A DNA stretch of 64,000 nt from NCBI GenBank assembly GCA_039545335.1, contig BCIN01000009.1:186001-250000 (forward strand). The letters run 5' to 3'. Shown one piece after another: positions 24,201 through 35,403 of the stretch; the first letter of the stretch is position 1, and the number at the start of each line of letters is the position of its first letter. The stretch comes from Kondoa subrosea (lineage: Eukaryota). The position numbers were made by a program, and so were the translations under genes. Below the pieces are notes generated by a model that was given only the letters and a program-made list of their open reading frames with translations, had not been told where the DNA came from and ran no database searches.

Positions 24201-25978
24201 GGCGATACAACAGATTGGGTCAAAGTCCCTGCGCATCTTACCGTCGATACGCCTGAGCAACAGTCATCGGCTTCACTCGATCTGATTCTGGTGGAAGATA
24301 CATCTGAGAAGAAGCCTCTGGTCGAGATAGCTCTGATCTTTGACGAGAACCGGCTGGAATATGCAAAACAAGTTGTGCGGTCAATTGTATATCTAGCAGA
24401 CGATGCTGAATACATCTTTCATTTGGTTGTCCCTACCATTCTTTCGAGCGAGATACGCGATTCATTTCCCAAAGCAAGCTTTCAATTTTACGACTACACG
24501 TTATGTCAGAAATTTGCATCGACTGTAACACCTTTCTCGAATCCTGATATCCATCTAAGCGCACATTGCAAACTTTTTCTCTCTTCCATCCTCTCTCCAG
24601 AACTGTCTCGGGTGCTCTATCTAGACAACGATGTCACAGTATTGGGCAGCATCCTCCCTTGCTGGCAACGCTCGTCCGATACACCCAGTCTCATTAGTAT
24701 GGCAATCGATATGGGAGATCTATGTCAAGCAGCTCCTGGATTCTGTTGGCCGATGGCAGCAGAATGGACTTTACCTGGTGATGAAGGAAGAGAATCTGTA
24801 CAAGTCAATGGCGGAGTTCTCTTGCTGGATCTAGCAAGAATGCGCGAGACGGACTTCGAAAGCCGTTACGTAAAGACTGTCGCGCAAACCTATTCTCTGA
24901 CAAGCAAACTGGCAAGATTCGGCGAGCAAGACTATATAAACTCTTACTTCCGTCTCTTCCCTCAAGATCTTGATTGGCTCCCCTGTGGCTGTAATTACCA
25001 ATACAGAGGAAATACGCGGGACATGAAATGTAGCGGTCAAGACATCAGCATTGCACATGGCTGGTAAGTGCTTTTAGATTATAGATAGAGCTCACTAATG
25101 CGAACCTCAGGCGAAGCGGAGCTACTTATGCCGAACCTTCTCAATATGCTGAAGTCTTCTCCTACTTTGCCAATGATAGTCACGCTGTCGAAGACTGGTC
25201 TAATCCGCCTCCGTTCTCCACAATCTCAGCTGTATCGCACCAGCCTGGCGATACGAAAAGCATTCGCGCTCATCATAATTGTCCCCATCAAGACTACGAT
25301 TGCAGTGCCGACTACACAGATGTCCCTTACGCGGACGAAATCTGCCTTCTCACAACAATAAATCACGCCGAGCAATGGCCAATCGTTCAAGCATCAATTC
25401 AAGCACAAACATACCCATACATTCGTACTTTATCGGCATCAAATATATCATCAAACGATCTGACCAATATTACAATACAATTCGAAGCTACAGACCACTC
25501 TAATCTATGTGCTTCATGCGGAGATCTCTCCTCCGGTCCTGATTGCGATCGGCCAGCAAATCCTGAAGATTTACGCTCGACCAATGCATACTGGTCTTGC
25601 ATATGTGCAATTAGCTCCAGCGAAGATCAGCACTACACTGACCTCTTCAGATCAATTTCGCATCCAGGCTGGATTTTCTATCTTCCACCGGGTTACTCAA
25701 TGCGCTCATCAAACTCAATATCACAATTACTAGCCCACGCACAAACGCGGAACGATATTATACTCTTTCCAATGGATCTCAATCCCCTACATCCTCTAAA
25801 ATCCTTTTCACCGCAAGATGTAGGTCCAATAGGTCTTATGCACCATTCAAGCAACATGTGGTACACCCGATGGAATTCTGGGAAGAAATGCGGGAAATGG
25901 AGAACGTTGGACTCGCTGGCTTTGCATTTCCCTTTACGATGGGTCGATGAATTTCCGGTTGTATCGTTACATGAATAA
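21234..25978 (+). CDS. Multi-domain glycosyltransferase (N-terminal TM; GT4 + GT2 + unknown module + GT8 + degenerate GT2-like), ~1531 aa
   Basis: Exons 21234-21697, 21749-23492, 23544-25063 and 25111-25978 join in frame through GT..AG introns of 51, 51 and 47 nt. Motifs: NGGIGTAY, YFGRLEERKG, PSLADNSPGTVLE; IVDDGS, FLDDDD, VGGF, EDWEL; YLDNDV, NGGVLLLDL, GEQDYIN, LPCGCNYQ; SIQAQTYPYI. Confidence 0.85.
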
Positions 25979-26041
25979 ATACTGCTCGCTTTCTCCCTCT
26001 TTCTCTAGAACTTTCTCTTCTATATTCTACAAATTGGTTTA

Positions 26042-27235
26042 TTAGAGATCCTTTAAAGGTCCCAGAGGGTTGTAAAGGGTTGTCAAGGCTTTGAAGACTT
26101 CAGCTCGATTGAATTGATCGGCAGCCCAAGGTGACAATGAAATGGGTTTCAGGTTGTAGCTCAAGAGCTTGGATGGGTACTGAGCTGAAGGGTTGGCAGT
26201 GAGGTAGACTGGAAGATCAGCAAAGCTTTCAGGTGTATTGCCTATGAGTTTGGATGCAATTGGGGCGACAAGAGATTGAAGTTGAGGGATAGGGAAAGGA
26301 ATGCCGCTGTTGGCTGCAGCTGATGTCCATACAAGCCTGTAGTATTTGCATTAGACATGTAATTGAGGTAAATCTGTGCAAAAGCTTACCCGGGAAATAC
26401 ATGAAAGAATTTGATGCTTGGATAAGCAGTTGCGAACTCTTCGGTAATGCTGTCGATCACTACAGAGTCTCTTGCAGCGGAAGACAAAAAGCCATATTTG
26501 CCATTCGCTTTTGCCTTTTTCATCCCTGGATCTGTCTACAAGGCGATAGTCAGACGCAGGTCATCACTTTGAGGAACTGCATACTCCATCAAAGCTCTTG
26601 GTTCCTGTCCCTGGTGCGGCAACAAACAGTACAGAATCCTTGATAAAGCCGTTCTCTAGTAGAGTTGAAGCCAAACCGAATTTGGACAGACACTGAATAG
26701 CGAAACGCGATTCGATGCCTTCACTAGTCTCTTCCCAGCGTCCATTTGGTGTCATACCTGAATGGGTCTTAGCAGAGACTTCTGGTACATTAAGTGATGC
26801 GTCTAACCTTGCGTCTGAACAAGATAATTGATGCCTTTTGGTCCAGCTTTTTGATGCACCTGAGTACAAGCATCTTTTATACCCGCCGTTAAGCTATACC
26901 TGCTTTGAGAAGAGATGAAAACGAGTAATCAATATGCTTACCTAAGATCTGCTTTGATGAATTGAAAGTCTGCTTTGGAAGCATCGGGACTGGCTTTCCT
27001 CAAATCTTCAAGTACTTGACTTCCTCGTTGTTCATTTCGACCAATAACATAGACGCTAGCTCCAGCTTCTGAGAATCGCTGCGCTACTCCACGACCGATG
27101 CCTTGAACGAATTTAAGCAGAAGGCTCTTGGATATTATACAGAGGCGATTGCACACCTTGTGTAGCGCCAGAGCAGACAGCAGTCTTTCCGATCAAGTTC
27201 AACCCCTTATTTGCAGATCGCGCCAAAGAGGTCAT
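26042..27235 (-). CDS. Short-chain dehydrogenase/reductase
   Basis: KTAVCSGATQ|GIGRGVAQRFSEAGASVYVIGRNEQRG...FIKADL, EETSEGIESRFA, HVFPG. Confidence 0.85.
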
Positions 27236-27475
27236 TGCAACTGAAGAGGAAAGCTAGGGGAATGCGGGCAAGAGACGAGAGACTGAACGGAAGAGGGTAT
27301 TGACGTTGACAAGAGCTGAAGCAGGCAGGTGGACGTGTGGTGATGAAATTGAATATTATGAGGTTGCTCTCGAACGAATTTTTGAGCGGATCACAGCAAA
27401 GCCGCTAACAAGGCTGGATTGGATACCCGAGCTTCTGTGATACACTAGATTGGTGACACTGTACTTTAGCAAGCC

Positions 27476-29349
27476 ATGTCTGATCCATTCTTTGCTCGAC
27501 CTGCAAAAACAGGCAATAAGCGCAAACGCAATGAATCTTCAGGCGCTGCAGCAAACAAAAAGGGAAAAGGAAAAGCAAAGAGATCTGCTATAGATGAAGA
27601 TGAAGAGATCTCAGAGGGTGGTTCAGATGTTCAAGCTAGTAATGCAAGAGCAGCAGAAACGGCTTCAGAGGGTGAGGACGACAGAGAAACGCCAGCGCAG
27701 AAAAGGCTGCGGCTTGCAAAGGTCTGTAAAGAGCCCAATCATCATGTCGCGAGCTGAAATGAGCGCGAATAGATGTATCTCGAAAATTTGGAACAGAATC
27801 AAGGAGGTCAGTTCTTGCTGTATTAGTCTGCCCAACCTGACGCTGACACACCCCTCTATCAGGCCGAGCTGGTTTCGATGCAGCAGAAATTGATCGGGAT
27901 ATAATAGCAGACCGCTTGCAGCGAGATGTGGTCGGTCTCTAGCATCTTCAGTGTTCAGACAGACCCTGATGTGTGCAAACAGCTCTCGGCAACAGGCAAG
28001 ATACATATTCGGATAGCGGATACCGTTTCTCCCCCTTCGACTTCACAAATTCATTATACCGCTGCTGGTGGTCATAGACTCCCTCTCACTTCCGCTATAG
28101 CATCTTCTGATCTCTCTTGGCTATATACAGCAAGTAAAGATGGTTCACTAGTGAAATGGAATCTCTCTTCAGCTTTGTCTACTCCTGGCAAACGAATACC
28201 GAAACAAATATTCATCCCGAAACGGATAGCTCGGAATCCAAACTCTAAAAAACAACTCAAGAAACAAGTCAAAGCCATCAAACCAGGTCAAGAAGGAGAT
28301 CATGGACATTCTGGAGAAATCCTTTCACTTTCTTTGACAAGTGATGGTACTCTACTCGCTTCAGCTGGCACGGATCGAATGCTTGGTTCATGGAACGTTT
28401 CCGACGATCAATGTAAATGGATCAAAGGTTTCAAAGGTCACAAAGACACTATTTCAGCCTTGTGTTTCAGACAAGATACAAGTCAAGTTTACACTGCTTC
28501 TTTTGATCGAACGCTTAAGATTCATGATCTCAAATCTCAAACTTATGTAGATACTTTGTTCGGTCATCAAGAAAAAATCTTATCGCTGAGTTGTCTGAAG
28601 AATGAAGTTGCCGTTACTGCTGGAGGGAGCGACAAGACTGTGAGATTCTGGAAAGTCGCAGATGAATCGCAATTGGTCTTTAGAGGTGGTGGAACGAGTA
28701 GAATGAGAGAAGTGCTCGAAGGAACTCTGGCTGCTGATGATGTCGCTCGAGAAGAAAACATGAAGAAGAAGGGCAAAGGCAAAGCCTATATTGAAGGCAG
28801 TACCGAATGTGTCGTCATGGTGGACGATACCACTTTTCTGTCTGGCGGAGATAGCGGGTAAGTCTAGCTGCTTCAGATTTAGATCATTGGAAGTTGACAA
28901 TAGGCTGCAGCGCACTTTGCCTTTGGTCAACAAACAAGAAAAAGCCAGTCTTCACCTTTCCTTTGGCTCATGGGCTTTCAGAAACGCATTCAGAAACAGA
29001 AGGTCTCATTGCAATTCCGCGTTGGATCACTTCTTTAGCAGCACTTCCTTATTCAGATCTCTTCGCTTCCGGTTCTTATGATGGCAACATTCGAATTTGG
29101 CGACTTGATCCTTCTCTTCGCTACTTTACTCTTCTCTTCGCTATACCAGCAATAGGCTTCGTCAATTCCCTACAACTCTTGCAGCCCAAATCCGAGAAAG
29201 AAAAGAAAAAGAAGGTCTTCTTGGTCGCCGCTTTAGGTCAAGAACATCGATTAGGTCGATGGATGAAAGTGAAAGAAGCCAAGAATATTGCTTTCGTAGC
29301 AAAGATGGATTTATCGCATAAATTACCCCTCAACATAGAAACATCGTAA
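27476..29349 (+). CDS. RRP9: U3 snoRNP WD40 protein Rrp9
   Basis: MSDPFF...ETPAQKRLRLAK, GFDAAEIDRDIIADRL, WD repeats, YVDTLFGHQ, WKVADESQLVFRGG, PRWITSLAALPYSDLFASGS, GQEHRLGRW. Confidence 0.95.
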
Positions 29350-29386
29350 TCAATGCTATCTTACAAGTTGCATCGCAGTGGTATAT

Positions 29387-30656
29387 CTACATGAATAATC
29401 GTCGAGAGGAGAAATCAATATCACGTTCATGACATTCATGTTGCGCTTGTTTGACCAATTCATTACTTGCGAAAGGTCCTTCGAAATTGAGTTCTTTTAA
29501 ATTTGATAGCTGGTGTGATTCTTGTAAAGCTTGAACGATACCACATATCAAGAGGAAACCATGAGTTTGTTGTGAAACGATAGTAAGGATGCGAGGATTG
29601 ATATGGGAAAAGATGTTGAGTTGTCTAGAATCTTGATCTTTGGTTTGAGCGGTCGCGTAAACGCTTCCTAGTCTCAGAGTATAGAGATCAAGCTTGAGGG
29701 CAAAGATCTTCTCATAGCGGACAAAGTCAGTGGTCTGATAGTCAATCTTCCGTAGTGTATCTCGATTGTTTTCTAAGATAGAGCAAAAGACAGGCAAATC
29801 TTGCACAAGAGCATTCTCGATAGGTTGGTTGATGTTGATATAGCAAAATACTCGAAGTTGATTAGTCGCGCCAGTGACCCATTTCAATGCATCTGCGCTG
29901 ATCCAGCTTTCAGCTATATGCAGATGATCGAGTTTGTATGTTGGTGGAGGCTGCTCAGTCCAAGGAACGTTCCAGTCCACATGAGAGATGCTAAGCGATC
30001 GCAAAGAGGGCAGGCCAGATAGAAGTGTTTGCAAAGAATGGCATTTGAAAAGACTCCACTAGAATATCGTGTCAGTTTTCAGTCGAGGAGCGCTGTGAGG
30101 TGGTCAACATACATCAGGAGTTGAATTGAAATCAGAAGCATAGAAGGTAAAGCTTGTTAGGTCCAAGCTTGACAAAGCTTCGATGATTGGTAATGATGCA
30201 GCTGATCTTGGGAACAGCACGACGGAGCCAAAGATGACTTCTCGAACCTCTGGTAATTGTCGAAGTAGTGAATAACACACGCCATTATCAGCAAGTCCGT
30301 TCTTTGCTTCCCATTTGAGCGATTTCGGTATAGAACGAAGTGACGGATTATTCGCCAAAGCTTGTTCAAAGAGACTCGCTCGTCCAGGATTTCTCACTAC
30401 CATACGAAGTGAGGATGTAGATAGGGCAGCATACGATTGACGCACTCGCTGGATTCCTCCAAAGCGTCTGCATGGCCGCTGAGTAGATCCCCTTGCTTAC
30501 TCTTGCTATTGCTGCGAGATCCCTCTGTCGTTCTCGATCACTGTAGTGATGAGCTGAAGACACGCCCAAACTCTCCAGACATTGCTTGAGCAATTCGATC
30601 GGCAGCGACAAGATGGGCGGTCTTGCGAGTTTGAGGGCATCTACTTGGTGGTCCAT
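29387..30656 (-). CDS. F-box-like / RNI-like leucine-rich protein
   Basis: ILSLPIELLKQCLESL...DLAAIARVSK...AMQTLWRN is F-box-like, followed by LPSLRSLSIS and LSNLKELNF repeats. Confidence 0.7.
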
Positions 30657-30766
30657 TGGGTCAAGCTCCAGGCAGAGCACTCTTGCCTTGCACTGCTCTT
30701 GACGTGCTGATGAGAGTAGCAAAGATCACGGTCTCTCTCCAACCAGCACTTCAAGTTTGGCCAAGC

Positions 30767-31464
30767 ATGTCGCTACCTTCGCTGGATCTCGCTCGACTGG
30801 TCCAGTTCCAAGTAGGATTATCAGCTCTAAGTCTGGTAGGGATAGCTCCAGCGTACAATCTGCCTATCCTCCTGTATGGTCTCTTCAGCTTAGAAGACAC
30901 GACGCATTTGTCCAATTTCATAGCGCTGATCGTAAGAGCTGTCATTATTGTTCTGGTCATTCCTGAATGTGCTCGTAGGGTTTCTCTGAGGTGCTGGATG
31001 TGCTATGGCTATTTCATTGGAAAGGTAGTTACGGCATGTGGTCTGCTTTGCTGACTGTAGCGGTTCGTTTCCGTTGTCGAATCTCATCTCAATTGCGCGA
31101 CACTGATATTCAAAGAATTTAGGGCATGGCAATCAAAGTTGTGACCTTGCTTTCTGCTCAAGCCCAATTATCCAGTTCTGGAACATCTTTAGGAGAAACC
31201 AATAGTCAGACCATGTTCGTTGATTCCGCTCTTGCTGCTGTTCAAGTATTGAAATGGATAGAGAATAGCTTCTCTGCTATTCCTGGCGCTTTCAGCAATT
31301 CTAGACCTACACAACAATCTTCTTCGTCTTATCAAGCTTCACGCGGTGGAGCAGGAGGCTTTTTTGCAGCTGATGAAGAAGATGAGGAAGCTGATATTGA
31401 AGGAGGAGGGGGAGGACATCGAGAGGATAAAAAATCAGGACCAGGTGGATATCAATCAATGTAG
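30767..31464 (+). CDS. Small multi-pass membrane protein with acidic/Gly-rich tail
   Basis: Hydrophobic exons (APAYNLPILLYGLFS, LDVLWLF, MAIKVVTLL) separated by GT..AG introns; ends GGYQSM*. Confidence 0.65.
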
Positions 31465-31505
31465 AACAAAACCCTTATCATCAATGTATTTATATGACAT
31501 TCTCT

Positions 31506-33073
31506 TCACGTCTTCGTAGCTTGCTTCTCTTTCTGCTCATTCAAGATGAAGGCAAAGATCCTTTTCGCTAATCCCCGAAGTAGTTCAGGTTGATGAGTTT
31601 GAGCGGTGACCAGTACAGCAAAAGAAGTAGCGAAAACCAATTGCTCGACTTTCTCATTGATCCTTTTTGTTGGCAAGAAGGTAGCTAACGCTCTTGGAGC
31701 CACATAGAGAGCCAGTTCTGATTTTCTCTTCTCTATCAGAATTGATAAACCACAGACAGCTGTGGCCAGTGTGATGATTGCTCCTCCATCCCAATACTGT
31801 TGTGATTTATTGCAGAAGATGGCCGGACCAAGATTTCGACTGAGACAAACGGTTGACCAGATTGAAGCGACGAAAGTGGAAAGAAACAATGAGCTTCTCA
31901 GTACATCTTTTGAGATGCGTAGAAAAGCTTGAAGAGGTTGTCGAAGAAGGGAGGATCGACCGAAGAGAAGACGAGGGAGTAAATGAACAAAAGAATACAG
32001 CAATGAAGCTTGAGCGAAAGTCGAAGTAAAGCGACGGAAAACATTTGTTGAACAGCTTGAGGTATTTCCTACTGACCCATGTACGAGCAAACAGGGCACT
32101 TTGGATGTCTACAACATCTCAAGGTGAGTTCAGGCTTTGGCAAGAATAGCACAAGCTTACGAGCATAGGATCTGTCGCACTCTTCGGCAGACCTCCCGCA
32201 ATTGCCAGGTCCTGCATTACTCTAGAATCCCTGACATTCAGCGGTTTTCCATAGACAAAGTCCCCCTTCCGCGCGAGTTGCAGCAATTCGATTAGCCTGT
32301 CATCGACTTTTGCTAATTTGCTAATCCAGTTTGCAAAGCTTTTGGGAAGTCGCCAGGGCTGATAGAACCAGATCCACATGACTGCATGCTGGGTTAGTCC
32401 ACTTATGTTCAATCGTATTTCAGAACTGACTTCGCCATGAGGATGCCCAGAATACCACACTATCGCCTTGAGTGGTCATAAATCTACCTAGCAAGCTTTT
32501 GCGTTTCTCCTTCGATAGGGAGAAGAAGCTGCCTCTTGACAGTACATCCAAAGCTCTTACGAAAGTGAACAGAGTCAGATCCATCGTCATGCTCCTATGT
32601 AGCGAAAGAGTAGATGAAGAAGTGCTGATATCGAGTGGTAAAGGATTGAGTGTAGCGCTCTTGCGTTGTCGCAGATTTGCGTGATGCTTGAAATAGTTCA
32701 ATGCGAGCGAACTTGAGAAGATAGAAGCCAGGAAAGTAGACACGACATCAATCTTTCGCGATTGCTCGACTATATCCTGCTCTTGACCCAGTTGCAGACC
32801 CCTGCGACCATAGACTCTCAATACATCTTGTAGCCATCTAGAACCCGCGAAAGCCAGGGATAGAGCGAAAGCGAAGCCACGATGTCCCAGTAGAGATGAC
32901 AGAGACCGCCAGGACGCGCGTTTGGAACGTAAGAGATACAATAAAGAAGGTAAAGTTGTTGTCAATCCAATCAAATAGGCTCGGATCAAGACTCGCGTAG
33001 ACGGTGCAGCATTCTCATACAAGTCTCTCCTTGTAGCGCGAAGGAGATTGATGTGCAACGGAGGGCAGCTCAT
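31506..33073 (-). CDS. TMEM135 / peroxisomal-membrane-like integral membrane protein
   Basis: TMDLTLFTFVRALD, MWIWFYQPWRLPKSFANWI, PCLLVHG, RSSLFLSTFV, KSELALYVAPRAL. Confidence 0.85.
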
Positions 33074-33226
33074 TGGCCATCAGCTGATAGAGTAGTAGGC
33101 ACAAGTAGGCAGAACAGTCGCACCGAATCCGAATCGGAAGTTGATCTTTTACTGCTTGATCCCATACGATAACATTACTACTACTATTACATACACATTG
33201 TCCATTCCGTAGCAAATACCCTTATG

Positions 33227-34179
33227 TCACAAAGCAAAGTTGATAAACGGTCGTCCTACACCCGAGAAGTAACCATCTCCGAAATTGAAACTGGCATTGT
33301 GTTGTGCATACTCGTCGTAATAAGGAGAAGGAGATGGCGAAGGAATATAGCCAGCATTCGGTGATTTGACAGGCATAGCAAGTTGGGCAATTTCGTCACG
33401 CTTCACCTCAATCTCTCGCTTCATTGGTGGTTCTGGTTGCTGGAAAGTATCTTCTACTGGACTCGGAAGAAGAGAAGAAGGAGCTGTACTGACATCCTCA
33501 TAATCTGGATCGAGTTCAAAATCGCAATCGCTTTGCTGGTCTTCTGAAGAATTTGCCGAGAACTTGGGAGGAGATCGACGCAGACGTTTCTTTGGTCTTT
33601 CGGTATCTTCGGCAGACGTCAACGTAGCAGCTGGTATAGCTTCCGATCCTTCTTCTTCCGCCTGCATTTGACTCCACCCGAAACCAATTTGCATTGACAT
33701 GACTTCATTGGATGACATTCCAAGACCTGTTTGATATGACTTCAACGTCGTGCTCTAAGGAATGCAAAGAACATGGCCTACGATCACTCAAATGCTTGAT
33801 TGTTTGTTGAAGCGCGTCGACTTGTTCGGCCGAATAAACTTTTGGTGAAGGCGGCAGACTGTAATGAAGTTCAATTTGCTGCAGTAACACAACGAAGAGA
33901 CCCAACCTAGGCTTGTGCAACCATACGCATTTCTCTCCTCGTTTCACACAGCTTTGACAAGGCGATTGTCTGGAGCATTTAACTTTTCCTGCATGCACGA
34001 ACAGCTTAGCGGAATCACTTGTAGAAGGCCAGCAAACAAACGAGCTCGACAGTCTAAGAGTCGTACAAGATCAGATCTACACTGTCAACGTGTGGATCAT
34101 GCTCACTTTCACAGCTAACTGTTCTTCGAGATGGACGCGCTTTGGTAGAATCCGCAGGAGGTTTGGTTTGAGGAGCCAT
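33227..34179 (-). CDS. Zn(II)2Cys6 transcription factor (short, no obvious middle homology region)
   Basis: Spliced cluster VSCE|NCRA|RKVKCSRQSPCQSCVKRGEKCVW using a 12-nt exon at 34042-34053. Confidence 0.85.
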
Positions 34180-35403
34180 TGAGACGTGATAGTTGCGGAA
34201 TAAGGAGGAATCAGCAGACAAAGCGTGTCAGACAGATTCAAATCAATAAGCAAGCCGTAGAGATTTAGGGATGTGGATGTCGCAGCCGAATGAGGACTCC
34301 AAGGCCGTTTGTAAATTGCCAAGTTGCGCGAAGGAGACTGAATTGAAATATATTAGAGCAAGTAGTAGAGAGCAGAAAAGAGAGGGACAACATAGCCAGC
34401 TCAATTCGTAATGATTTGCTCAGCGTAATTGTCCATTTTTTCTTCCAATGAAATCTTAAATTGGAGTTTATCCGGGGCAGACAGGGACGATCGAACTAAA
34501 GCGGCGCCGCTGTAAAAAGGGGCAAACACTGTTTGCTATTATCTCCCCTTGCGGATTGCGATTGCGAGACACGGCGATTATCCCCGTTCACCCCAAAGAA
34601 GAAGTGCAAATCGCTTTCAAGCTGACTAAGAGAGCTTTAAAGACACTTTTAGCCAGTTAAAGCACCTTGCTGGTTCCGCATAGGAACAAGGTGTAGTCTC
34701 AAAGAGTAGTATCCCAAAATATGACCAATCACAGTGAAAAGCAGTTGCAGATCGCAGATCGACGAGATTTATTTTGAACATGGAGCCGTTGTATGGCGCA
34801 ATCGTAATCAAGCAACGATACTGTAACAAATTGCAACAGGCACGAGAATGGACAGCGTCAAACCAAGCAAGACTTTCGATGCTGATTGAGACGGTGAGAA
34901 TATTGAGAGTAGATGTGACAAGCGGTTTCAAAAGAATCAATCGTATGACGGATAGAAGCTAGCTAGAGCTCGTAGGATCTCTCCAACCCAAGTCCGAATG
35001 ATCAGAACCGATACAGTAAGCACGAGCTGCTATGAAAGCGACAGACGTCCACGATTCCGTGGTCGAAAAGCATCTTGGTAAAGGCAGTCTGAAGCCTTGT
35101 AGAGGCCTGAAAACAATCAAAGATAATATCAAGGCAGCGATGGCCCCTCGCGCATAGACTTGGAAAGAACGCTTGAATCTCGCATATCACGGTTTGCTAT
35201 GTCCTTAACAGCACTGTGGGAGTCTATCGTTGCGAGGCTCGCATCCGTCAAGGCTAGGCTAGCTGTGTATCGTTTTAAAATGGTTTGAGGTCACCATGTG
35301 TATGCGCATTATTTATCGCAGTCTTCGTCTACAACGGCGTTCCCTTTGATACCCTGTAGTGCTTCGTCTGGCTGGTATACCAGAGCATTAGGATGACCCT
35401 GAT

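Noticed and set aside
34330..35400. Possible gene or ncRNA between the Zn2Cys6 gene and REV3
   Set aside because: Only short ORFs without motifs. I could not build a consistent spliced model or recognise an RNA family; it is probably a divergent promoter/UTR region.
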